Shown here piece after piece: positions 1 to 7,074 of a stretch of DNA of 10,201 bases. This DNA is from a bacterium (GTDB lineage Bacteria > Zhuqueibacterota > Zhuqueibacteria > Oceanimicrobiales > Oceanimicrobiaceae), in the NCBI GenBank assembly GCA_046757165.1, contig JBHHXT010000179.1, forward strand, positions 1-10,201, in the 5' to 3' direction. Numbering within the stretch: the stretch's first letter is position 1; each line of letters starts with the position of its first letter. A model generated the notes under the pieces. That model was not told the DNA's origin, did not search any database, and worked only from the letters and a program-made list of their open reading frames with translations. Position numbers and translations under genes: made by a program.

Positions 1-20
1 GAGGCAGCCAGTGTGTTTTT

Positions 21-208
21 TTAGCCTGGAGAATTCATGAACCACGAAGTGCACGAAGAACACGAAGAAAGAAACAGAGTAAAGAGCATCTTAACTTCCT
101 TCGTGAACTTCGTGGTAAAAAAACTTTTTGAGGTCAAGGTTCTGTAAATATTTGTTTGCATTAATGTTATAATAGCTCGTTTGCAGATTTGTGAATTAAT
201 CAGGTTAG
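21..208. mobile_element. MITE-like element: imperfect terminal inverted repeats, flanking TTAG direct repeat, internal CACGAAG-triplet hairpin
   Basis: Left end is TTAG|CCTGGAGAATTCAT (21-38) and right end is GTGAATTAATCAGG|TTAG (191-208). These are imperfectly inverted, with TTAG repeated directly at 21-24 and 205-208. Internal arms ACCACGAAGTGCACGAAG (41-58) and CTTCGTGAACTTCGTGGT (99-116) are 17/18 complementary. CACGAAG occurs at 43, 52 and 61. Confidence 0.55.
165..173 (+). promoter_or_regulatory. Extended -10 promoter element (TGnTATAAT) upstream of mnmA
   Basis: TGTTATAAT at 165-173 is a perfect extended -10 match in an AT-rich tract about 195 bp before the mnmA ATG. There is no good -35. 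Confidence 0.5.
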
Positions 209-238
209 CGAAGTTTGGACGCTTCAGAACATCTTTTG

Positions 239-284
239 GCCATGGATTTACACTTATCCGTGGCAATCAGTGTAAATCCGTGGC
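239..284. repeat. Palindromic hairpin repeat (CGGAT/ATCCG family)
   Basis: GCCATGGATTTACACT (239-254) is 15/16 complementary to AGTGTAAATCCGTGGC (269-284). It shares GTGTAAATCCGT with the repeat at 1540-1551. Confidence 0.7.
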
Positions 285-368
285 TAGAGCAGTTAATGGG
301 TTGCGGTCGCAGGAGCTTCCTGGTTTTTGGCCACTCACCAGTTCGTTAAGGAAGGTATACGAGGGGTA

Positions 369-1469
369 ATGAGTCAGAATCATCACAACAAAACCGTGGT
401 CGTGGCCATGAGCGGCGGGGTGGACAGCTCTGTTGCGGCAGCCTTGCTGCAGGAGCGTGGCTACCAGGTCATCGGCGTCACCATGAATCTATGGGACTAT
501 GACCGCGTCGGCGGCAACATCAACCGGGACAGCGGTTGCTGCTCCATCGATACGACGGATGACGCGCGCTGTGTGTGCAACAAGCTTGGCGTGCCGCACT
601 ATGTGGTCAATTTTCGGGATGAATTTGAAGCCGCGGTGACAGATAATTTCATCTCCGAGTACCTGGAAGGACGCACCCCCAACCCGTGCGTCCGCTGCAA
701 CACCTACATCAAGTGGGGGGTGCTGCTGCAGAAAGCAGAGGAATTTGGCGCAGACAAGATCGCCACCGGCCACTACGCCCGCACGGATTTTGATGACAGA
801 ACGGGTCGCTTCCTGCTCAAGCGTGGACTCGACGCCCATAAAGACCAGTCGTACGCCCTGTGGGGCATCCGGCAGCAGGGTTTGGCACAAACGCTTTTTC
901 CGGTGGGAGAGTACACCAAGCCGCAAATCCGGCAGTTGGCGCGCAAGTTCGGCCTGCGCACGGCGGAGAAAAAGGAGAGCCAGGAGATCTGTTTCATCCC
1001 GGATAACGATTATGTGCGCTATCTGCGGGACAAAAAGCCAGAGTTAGCCCGGGCAGCTGGCGGCGAAATCGTCAGTCAGGCGGGGGAGGTCCTGGGAACC
1101 CACCAGGGCTATCCGTTCTACACCATCGGGCAGCGCAAGGGACTCGGACTGGCGATGCCGGAGCCGGTTTATGTCACGGAGATCGATGCCGGCAGCAATC
1201 GCATCAAGGTCGGCTCCAAAGCCGATCTGGAGCACGCCGGTTTGATCGCCGACAACGTGAACTGGGTTTCGATAGAGTGCCCGAACCGGGCGATGCCCGT
1301 GCAAGCGAAGATTCGCTACAACAGTCCTGCGGCCCCGGCACGGCTGCGGGTGCTGGAGGATGGCTGTGTCGAGCTAAAATTCGATCAGCCCCAACCAGCG
1401 GTGACACCGGGACAGTCCGTGGTCTTTTATCAGGGGGAACTGGTCGTTGGCGGCGCGATTATCAGGTAA
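369..1469 (+). CDS. mnmA: tRNA 2-thiouridine(34) synthase MnmA
   Basis: Contains the PP-loop AMSGGVDSS and the motifs TPNPCVRCN, ATGHY, KDQSY, ESQEICF, TIGQRKG and TPGQ. ATG 369 follows GAGGGG and is preferred over the TTG at 327. Confidence 0.97.
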   Translation: MSQNHHNKTVVVAMSGGVDSSVAAALLQERGYQVIGVTMNLWDYDRVGGNINRDSGCCSIDTTDDARCVCNKLGVPHYVVNFRDEFEAAVTDNFISEYLEGRTPNPCVRCNTYIKWGVLLQKAEEFGADKIATGHYARTDFDDRTGRFLLKRGLDAHKDQSYALWGIRQQGLAQTLFPVGEYTKPQIRQLARKFGLRTAEKKESQEICFIPDNDYVRYLRDKKPELARAAGGEIVSQAGEVLGTHQGYPFYTIGQRKGLGLAMPEPVYVTEIDAGSNRIKVGSKADLEHAGLIADNVNWVSIECPNRAMPVQAKIRYNSPAAPARLRVLEDGCVELKFDQPQPAVTPGQSVVFYQGELVVGGAIIR

Positions 1470-1579
1470 TGTGTCGAAGTCAGTGGAATGGGGATCATGT
1501 GGCTGATGAATTCTTTGGCTTTCACCCAAAATCAGATCCGTGTAAATCCGTTCTATCCGTTAGATCCGCGTTCCATTCA
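1467..1579 (+). repeat. 113-bp repeat, left copy (inverted relative to 5288-5400)
   Basis: Manual alignment to the reverse complement of 5288-5400 gives 106/113 identical with no gaps. It begins with the mnmA stop codon (TAATGTGTCGAAGTCAG...) and contains four ATCCG units at 9-10 bp spacing. Confidence 0.93.
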
Positions 1580-1593
1580 GATGTGCAGATAAC

Positions 1594-2397
1594 ATGAAAC
1601 GTCTTCTAACCATTGCCGGCTCGGACTCTGGCGGCGGCGCCGGAATTCAAGCCGATCTCAAGACGTTCCATCAGCACGGCTGTTACGGCATGTCCGTGCT
1701 CACCGCTATCACCGCGCAGAACACGCGCGGGGTCCACGGCGTGGAGAATCTCTCGCCGGAATTTGTCGTGCTGCAATTGCAATCGGTTGTGCTCGACATC
1801 GGCGTGGATGGGGCCAAGACCGGCATGCTTTCGACCGCTCCAATCATCCGCGCGCTGGCGCAAGAAATGCGGGAGCTGAAGATTCCCAACCTGGTGGTGG
1901 ACCCGGTGATGCGCTCGAAAGGCGGCGCGTCTCTGTTGCGCGAGGAGGCGCAGCAAGCTTTCAGCGAGGAAATGGTGCCGCTGGCCGAGCTCATCACGCC
2001 AAACCTGCCGGAAGCGGCAATCCTGGCGGGAATCCCGGTCACCACGAAAAGCGATATGCGCGAAGCTGCCGTCCTGATTCACGAAATGGGCGCCAGGCGC
2101 GTTCTGATCAAGGGCGGCCATCTGCCCGAAGAGGCCACAGATATTCTTTATGATGGAAAAGAGTACACCGAATTTTTTGGCGAGCGCATTTTGTCAAGAA
2201 ACACGCACGGTACCGGGTGCACCTATTCGGCCGCCATCGCTGCGAATCTCGCCATGGGGCACGAGGTGAAAGCAGCCATTCGACTGGCCAAACAATTTAC
2301 GCGCGAGGCGATCAAGCAGAGCATTGCTCTCGGGCAGGGAATAGGTCCGCTGAATCACTTTGTTGCAAGCCATATAGGAGGCAAGGAAATACCTTGA
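1594..2397 (+). CDS. thiD: Hydroxymethylpyrimidine/phosphomethylpyrimidine kinase (ThiD family)
   Basis: Contains LTIAGSDSGGGAGIQADLKTF, KTGML, VVDPVM, ITPNLPEA, IKGGH and THGTGCT motifs. A ThiD-type pyridoxal kinase role cannot be excluded. Confidence 0.92.
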   Translation: MKRLLTIAGSDSGGGAGIQADLKTFHQHGCYGMSVLTAITAQNTRGVHGVENLSPEFVVLQLQSVVLDIGVDGAKTGMLSTAPIIRALAQEMRELKIPNLVVDPVMRSKGGASLLREEAQQAFSEEMVPLAELITPNLPEAAILAGIPVTTKSDMREAAVLIHEMGARRVLIKGGHLPEEATDILYDGKEYTEFFGERILSRNTHGTGCTYSAAIAANLAMGHEVKAAIRLAKQFTREAIKQSIALGQGIGPLNHFVASHIGGKEIP

Positions 2398-2609
2398 CCA
2401 AACCGTGTCCAGAACACAGGTTGCGTGGAAATCCGATCCGAGAAATGAACGCCTCTCACTCCAGTCTTGTGCTGGCCCCAGCTTGCGAGCCAGTCCTGTT
2501 CGAGACGCCGGCATTTACCGGGGTAGCGGGATGGTCCAGCCGGATTCCGGTTTCCGTTTCATCTGCCCCTGCCAGCCTCTTTAGCCAAGGCGAGCTTTGC
2601 AGGCGCTGA
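2394..2609 (+). CDS. Possible 71-aa small ORF coupled to both neighbours
   Basis: The TTG start overlaps the thiD stop (TTGA) and is preceded by AGGAGG (2376-2381) and AAGGA (2383-2387). Its TGA overlaps the next ATG (TGATG, 2607-2611). No recognisable domain. Confidence 0.3.
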   Translation: MTKPCPEHRLRGNPIREMNASHSSLVLAPACEPVLFETPAFTGVAGWSSRIPVSVSSAPASLFSQGELCRR

Positions 2610-3163
2610 TGAACGTGCGACTTGTGGATATCGCGATCGTCGGAATTTTTTCTGCGCTGGCTTTGGCAGGGGCGTATCTTTTGCTCTTTGTGCACAATGT
2701 TGAAATCTTCACTGCGATTATCTTTCTTTCAGGCGTCCTTTTTGGGACAAGAACCGGCACGCTGGTGGGCGCGATCTCGGCCGCCCTGTATGCCATCATC
2801 AACCCTTTTGGGATTTCACCGCTGCCGCTGATGGTGGCGCAGGTGGTGAGCCGGGCAGTGGCCGGTTACGTCGGCGGCCTGTTCAGGGACCGTGTCTTTA
2901 CCTGGAAAAATAGCTGGCTGCGCGCCTGGTGCTTCGGCCTGGCCGGATTTGTCCTCACCTGGCTCTACATCGCGCTGGCTTTGCTAAGCAACGTTCTCAC
3001 GGCGGGCTTCTCATTGCAGCAACTCAAGGTGTCGTTTGCGGCCGGGCTCATCTCTTATACCATCTTAACACTGGGCAATACCGCTATTTTTGCGCTGGCG
3101 CTACCGGTCGTCGTGGACAGTTTGCGCAAGACCTCGTATTTCAAACCATTGCGATCAAGCTAA
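2609..3163 (+). CDS. ECF transporter substrate-specific (S) component, CbrT-like
   Basis: 184-aa hydrophobic protein with about 5-6 TM helices. It has an AxxxxxxA-type helix 1 (IAIVGIFSALALA), HNVEIFT loop 1 resembling the PNV[QE] loop of CbrT-like S components, and GxxxGxxxG packing (GTRTGTLVG). Confidence 0.78.
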   Translation: MNVRLVDIAIVGIFSALALAGAYLLLFVHNVEIFTAIIFLSGVLFGTRTGTLVGAISAALYAIINPFGISPLPLMVAQVVSRAVAGYVGGLFRDRVFTWKNSWLRAWCFGLAGFVLTWLYIALALLSNVLTAGFSLQQLKVSFAAGLISYTILTLGNTAIFALALPVVVDSLRKTSYFKPLRSS

Positions 3164-3166
3164 CGT

Positions 3167-5110
3167 ATGGCAATGTTCTTCAAATCCGTCTGTTCAGCTT
3201 GGGCCGTTCTGTGGCTCGTGGCGACCGGCTGGTCTCAGGAGCGTGTTTTGCCGCCTGACTCGAGTCGGGCCAGGCCAGATTCAACGGTGGCTGCGCTCGA
3301 GGAGCCTTCAGATGAGGCGGTTGTCCAGGCCGCGCGTGTGGTGCAGCCGCGGCGGCCAGAAGCCTGGAAAGTGCCAGCCTCTGAACTGGAGCGCGTGATC
3401 GCTGAGGATATCGTCGACTACGGCTTGCTGGTGGCCGCTGCCGGGGCGCTGGACCATGGCAGCGTTGGCCAGGCCTCCCCGTTTGCCCTCAGGGGCATGA
3501 CGCCACAGCAAGGGGTCGTCATGCTGGATGGCATGGTCTTGTGGAATCCGCTCGGCGGGTTTACCAGCACCGCGGTGCTGCCCATCAACCTGGTGGAAGA
3601 ATTTGCCTTCACGGGCCAGGGTACACTGCCCGCCTTCGGGCTGCAGTCGCCCGCCGGCATCGTGAGTGTCAAGACCAGGACCATCGCCGGCGAGCGTCCC
3701 TACTCAAAAGTGCAATTCCGCACGGGTGATTTCGGGCATAGTGATCTCGGCATCTCCTTTGGACTGCCGATCAACAAATCGACGCATTTGTTGTTCAGCG
3801 GCAGCCGGCAGGAGTTCGACGACCTGTTTTTTGCCGACCAGGACAACATCATTCTCGAGAAACGGGATTTGGTTGATTCCCGCTTCTTTGGCAAAGTAAC
3901 CTACAAAACCCGGAAGGTGGAGCTCACGTCAGTGACTTTGCTGAACAAGAATAAAGTCGAGGTGCCCGTCCCTCTGCTGCCGGATCTCGTGCCTCAGTTG
4001 ACTAATCCCCGTCGCCGAAGCACCCGCCTGGATGAGCAGATCGTTGCCAAAGTCCGGAACCTGTCCGGCTCGAGCGATGAGCTGCAGGCCCGGGTGCATT
4101 TTTCGAGGATCCGACAGGAGTCTTTGGGCGACAGCTTGCTGTTTGACAACAAGACGGTCATGGTCGACGGCGCGATGCAAAACGACATCCTCGTGGGCAA
4201 TCACCGCTTCGCGTTCGGAGGCGGTGCCCGGCTGTTCAGCCTGGACAGCAAGGCGCTGAAAGACCACACAGACAGCTTCGTCCATCTGTTTGTGCGTGCT
4301 GATTTCGCTTTGACCTCCAGGCTGTCCATCGGCTTGCAAGGACGGTCGGAAAAGTATGCCGGCTATTCAGCGCGAATGTTACCCTCCTTACGCCTGGACT
4401 ACACATTTTCTGAGCAAACGGTCTTGTGGTTCGGCGCCCGGCAAGCGATTCGCTACCCGAGCTTCTCGGAGAGATTTTGGCCTTCGGAGTCTTATGTCGG
4501 CAATCCTGACCTGGGGGTCGAAGAGAGCAGCGCACTCGAGCTCGGCGTCAAATGGGCCGCGCGCCCCAATCTGAACATCGAATCGACGATATTTGCCAAT
4601 CGCGTCGATGATTGGATTGGCAACACGCTGCTCAAAGACGCGCCCGCATTTGGCCCGCAAAATCTCGACCGCCGCACCATTTCTGGTGTTGACTTCAAAC
4701 TTGTTTGGGATTATCTTCGGGGCGGGCAGGCTGGTGTCGTGAGCTCATTCTTGAACGTGAGCCAAAGTGAGAAGGTCAAGCAATTGCAGGTGCCGGAATA
4801 TTCCATCTATAGTTACCTCGAATACGGTCACCCTTTTTTCGAGGAGTATGTGTTCGTCCGGCTGCGAGTGAGTGGGCGGTTCTACGGAGAGCGGTGGGGG
4901 TTCGTCTATCCGGCGGGCGCATCCTTGCCGGTTTTCGTTTCGCGCTCGCCGCTGGCCGTGGCGGACGCAAAAGTCTCGCTCGTTTTTGCTGATGCGACGT
5001 TGACCATTTCGTATGAGAACCTCTTCGACAGACGCTACGAGCTGGTTCCCGGCTTTTCGATGCCGCCCCGGATGCTGAGATTTGGCGTGGCATGGGAGTT
5101 TCTGGATTAG
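3167..5110 (+). CDS. TonB-dependent outer-membrane receptor
   Basis: Has a signal peptide (AVLWLVATGWS-Q), plug motifs (LRGMTPQQGVVMLDG, AGIVSVKT) and barrel motifs (RYPSFSERF, GNPDLGVEES, ENLFDRRYE..PG...PPR.LRFGVAWEF). Confidence 0.88.
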   Translation: MAMFFKSVCSAWAVLWLVATGWSQERVLPPDSSRARPDSTVAALEEPSDEAVVQAARVVQPRRPEAWKVPASELERVIAEDIVDYGLLVAAAGALDHGSVGQASPFALRGMTPQQGVVMLDGMVLWNPLGGFTSTAVLPINLVEEFAFTGQGTLPAFGLQSPAGIVSVKTRTIAGERPYSKVQFRTGDFGHSDLGISFGLPINKSTHLLFSGSRQEFDDLFFADQDNIILEKRDLVDSRFFGKVTYKTRKVELTSVTLLNKNKVEVPVPLLPDLVPQLTNPRRRSTRLDEQIVAKVRNLSGSSDELQARVHFSRIRQESLGDSLLFDNKTVMVDGAMQNDILVGNHRFAFGGGARLFSLDSKALKDHTDSFVHLFVRADFALTSRLSIGLQGRSEKYAGYSARMLPSLRLDYTFSEQTVLWFGARQAIRYPSFSERFWPSESYVGNPDLGVEESSALELGVKWAARPNLNIESTIFANRVDDWIGNTLLKDAPAFGPQNLDRRTISGVDFKLVWDYLRGGQAGVVSSFLNVSQSEKVKQLQVPEYSIYSYLEYGHPFFEEYVFVRLRVSGRFYGERWGFVYPAGASLPVFVSRSPLAVADAKVSLVFADATLTISYENLFDRRYELVPGFSMPPRMLRFGVAWEFLD

Positions 5111-5124
5111 CCTGGATTATTCAT
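5107..5124 (+). repeat. Copy of the left end of the 21-208 element
   Basis: TTAGCCTGGATTATTCAT matches TTAGCCTGGAGAATTCAT (21-38) at 16/18. It overlaps the TAG stop of the receptor gene. Confidence 0.7.
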
Positions 5125-5130
5125 AGGCCG

Positions 5131-5260
5131 GACAAGCCGGAGCCAACAAAGATTAAGAGCGCACGCAAAGGCGCAGAGCCGCAAAGAATACGCTAAGGAT
5201 TCTCTTTGCGATCCCTTTGCGCCTTCGCGTCTTTGCGTGAAATCTTTGGTTTGACTTGTC
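5131..5260. repeat. Long palindromic element with CGCAAAG/CTTTGCG triplets
   Basis: Nested complementary pairs: GACAAG 5131-5136/CTTGTC 5255-5260, CAAAGATT 5147-5154/AATCTTTG 5241-5248, and CACGCAAAG 5162-5170/CTTTGCGTG 5231-5239. CGCARAG occurs at 5164, 5172 and 5180, and CTTYGCG at 5215, 5223 and 5231 (8-bp period). Confidence 0.82.
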
Positions 5261-5287
5261 AGATACTAATGCAGCAATCACAGCAAA

Positions 5288-5400
5288 TGAATGGAACGCG
5301 GATTTAACGGATAGAACGGATTTACACGGATCTTATTTTGGGTGAAAACCAATGAATTCATGAGCCACATGATCCTCATTCCGCTGACTTCGACACATTA
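5288..5400 (-). repeat. 113-bp repeat, right copy (inverted relative to 1467-1579)
   Basis: Its reverse complement is 106/113 identical to 1467-1579. CGGAT units lie at 5299, 5308, 5317 and 5327. It can also pair locally with AATCCGTTCCGATCCGTTAA (5406-5425). Confidence 0.93.
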
Positions 5401-5423
5401 TGTCCAATCCGTTCCGATCCGTT

Positions 5424-5459
5424 AACACGAAGTTCACGAAGAACACGAAGAAAAAACAG
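5424..5459 (+). repeat. Second copy of the CACGAAG 9-bp-period triplet
   Basis: CACGAAGTTCACGAAGAACACGAAGAAAAAACAG is near-identical to 43-77 (CACGAAGTGCACGAAGAACACGAAGAAAGAAACAG). Confidence 0.85.
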
Positions 5460-5520
5460 GACTTAGAGAGTAACGTTGACAAGCTTTTGATAAACTCCAG
5501 TCCAGGAAAGGAGATGAATC

Positions 5521-5874
5521 ATGCCAGAAGAAACCATTTTCAGCAAGATCATCCGCAAAGAAATCCCCGCGGACATCGTTTTTGAGGATGAGTGGGTAGT
5601 GGCCTTTCGCGATATCCATCCACAAGCTCCGACGCATGTGCTGATCGTGCCGAAAAAGCTCATCCCGACCGTCAACGACGTCACCTCCGGCGACGAGCCG
5701 CTCCTGGGCCGCTTGTTCACCGCTGCGGCCAGGATCGCGAAGGAGGAAGGCATCGCCGAGGGGGGCTACCGGCTGATCGTCAACTGCAACCGGGATGGCG
5801 GCCAGGAGGTGTTTCATTTGCACATGCATCTGGTTGGGGGCCACAAACTGGGCCGGATGTTGCCGAGACCGTAA
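5521..5874 (+). CDS. hinT: Histidine triad nucleotide-binding protein (HinT/PKCI-like purine nucleoside phosphoramidase)
   Basis: Contains [57 protein letters not shown] (HxHxH). A strong SD (AAAGGAG) lies upstream. Confidence 0.93.
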   Translation: MPEETIFSKIIRKEIPADIVFEDEWVVAFRDIHPQAPTHVLIVPKKLIPTVNDVTSGDEPLLGRLFTAAARIAKEEGIAEGGYRLIVNCNRDGGQEVFHLHMHLVGGHKLGRMLPRP

Positions 5875-5907
5875 ATCCTTCAATTTACACAATCCGTTGA
5901 GGTGGTC

Positions 5908-6777
5908 ATGAGAGCATTATTCCATTTGGGGGTTGCTGCCGTTGGTGTTGTGTGCCTGTCCATTGCGGGGTGCGAGAGGGAAACCGAGAAACAACCCACT
6001 CCGACAGGAAGGGGTGAGAGGCTTCAGGCTGCTGAACCCGAGGTTCGGACCCCCGCTGCAATCGATACGACGCTGACCTTTTCTTCTGGGGACGGCTTGC
6101 AGGTGACGGCGGACCTGAGAATCAAACATGAGCGAACTGCGCCCTTCATCGTCCTCTTTCATCAGGCGGGATGGAGCCGGGGCGAATACCAGGAGATCCT
6201 CCCCAGGCTCAGCGATATGGGATTCAACTGTATGGCCATTGACCAGCGTTCCGGCGGCGCGGTCAACGGCATCCAGAATGCCACGCAAGAGCGTGCGACC
6301 CGTGCCGGCAAACCGACGACCTATCTCGATGCTTACCAGGACATGATGGCCGCCATGAAGTTTGCCCGCGCCCACTACGCCAGGGGCAAGCTGATTGCAT
6401 GGGGGAGCTCCTACTCGGCGGCTCTGGTCATCAAACTTGCCAGCGATGCGCCGGCGTTGATCGACGGTGTGCTCGCGTTTGCGCCCGGGGAGTATTTCGC
6501 CAGATTTGGTGCAGGGCCGGACTATGTCACCCGGGCGGCAAAGAAGGTGCGGTGCCCGGTTTTCATGACCTCCGCAAAGCGCGAGAAACAAAACTGGGCA
6601 GGCGTATTCGACGCTATCCCGGGCAAAGCCAAACACTCGTTTGTGCCCGAAACTGCCGGCAATCACGGGTCGCGCGCGCTGTGGAAAAAGTTCAATGACA
6701 GCGGTGCTTACTGGCAAGCGGTGCAGCAATTTCTCGCGCAGTATTTCCTGCGGGAGGCAAAAGGCGCGCGCGAGTGA
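5908..6777 (+). CDS. Putative lipoprotein alpha/beta-fold hydrolase
   Basis: Has a signal peptide with lipobox IAG-C, VLFHQAGWSRGEY, AIDQRSGG, a nucleophile elbow WGSSYSA and a C-terminal His (GNHGSRAL). ATG 5908 follows GAGGT, with GTG 5902 as an alternative start. Confidence 0.8.
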   Translation: MRALFHLGVAAVGVVCLSIAGCERETEKQPTPTGRGERLQAAEPEVRTPAAIDTTLTFSSGDGLQVTADLRIKHERTAPFIVLFHQAGWSRGEYQEILPRLSDMGFNCMAIDQRSGGAVNGIQNATQERATRAGKPTTYLDAYQDMMAAMKFARAHYARGKLIAWGSSYSAALVIKLASDAPALIDGVLAFAPGEYFARFGAGPDYVTRAAKKVRCPVFMTSAKREKQNWAGVFDAIPGKAKHSFVPETAGNHGSRALWKKFNDSGAYWQAVQQFLAQYFLREAKGARE

Positions 6778-6850
6778 TCCCACGCTTCGACACCGTGCGG
6801 ATTCTGCGTCGGTGCGTTAAGACGATGCCAACTCCGCAAGATCCGGGAAA

Positions 6851-6875
6851 GCGACCCACAAGGGGTCGGGGCTAC
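6851..6875 (-). repeat. GTAG-type REP-like palindrome
   Basis: The minus strand reads GTAG-CCC-CGACCC-CTTGT-GGGTCG-C, a GTAG tetranucleotide followed by a GC-rich hairpin, which is the canonical REP architecture. Single copy in the window. Confidence 0.5.
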
Positions 6876-7015
6876 AAGTTAATGTGAGTGTTGCAATTTG
6901 AGCTTCGCATGTCATTTGTTGTCATTTGCGCTGCGGGCGCCATTGAGCAAGCAAGGACCAAATAGTATTCATATAAGTATTTGATGATGCATATCTTAAC
7001 GGGATAAAGAGGTGT

Positions 7016-7070
7016 GGGGCTGTCCAAAAAGGTTCCTCGTGCCTGTCATTTCGAGCGAAGCGAGAAATCT
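7016..7070 (+). repeat. REP/MITE-like remnant (GGGGCTGTCCAAAAAG...TGTCATTTCGAGCGAAGCGAGAAATCT)
   Basis: ATTTC (7047-7051) pairs with GAAAT (7064-7068) around GAGCGAAGCGA. From recall, it resembles the TGTCAT..CGAGCG..GCGAGAAATCT intergenic repeat class. Single copy here. Confidence 0.4.
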
Positions 7071-7074
7071 GTTC

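Noticed and set aside
21..266. 81-aa minus-strand ORF (and 5400-5585 + ORF) with TKFTK repeats
   Set aside because: The peptide repeats are simply translations of the CACGAAG DNA repeat.
2398..2608. Cobalamin or TPP riboswitch upstream of the transporter genes
   Set aside because: Only fragments resemble the B12 element (GTGGAAATCC, GAGCCAG). There is no GGGAA core or intact B12 box, and no TPP CTGAGA/ACCTGA core. An Rfam search would be needed.
1454..5414. Target-site duplication flanking the inverted-repeat-bounded cassette
   Set aside because: The flanks GGCGCGATTATCAGG and TGTCCAATCCGTTC share no direct repeat, so the cassette is not called a transposon.
41..5460. CRISPR array
   Set aside because: The repeats are 5-7-bp cores at 8-10-bp period, not 23-47-bp repeats with unique spacers, and there are no cas genes.
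5476..5496. TTGACA promoter for hinT
   Set aside because: The nearest -10-like hexamer (TAAACT) is only 9 bp away, and nothing suitable lies at 16-18 bp.
5917..6783. 288-aa antisense ORF
   Set aside because: It is a shadow of the + strand hydrolase with no recognisable motifs.
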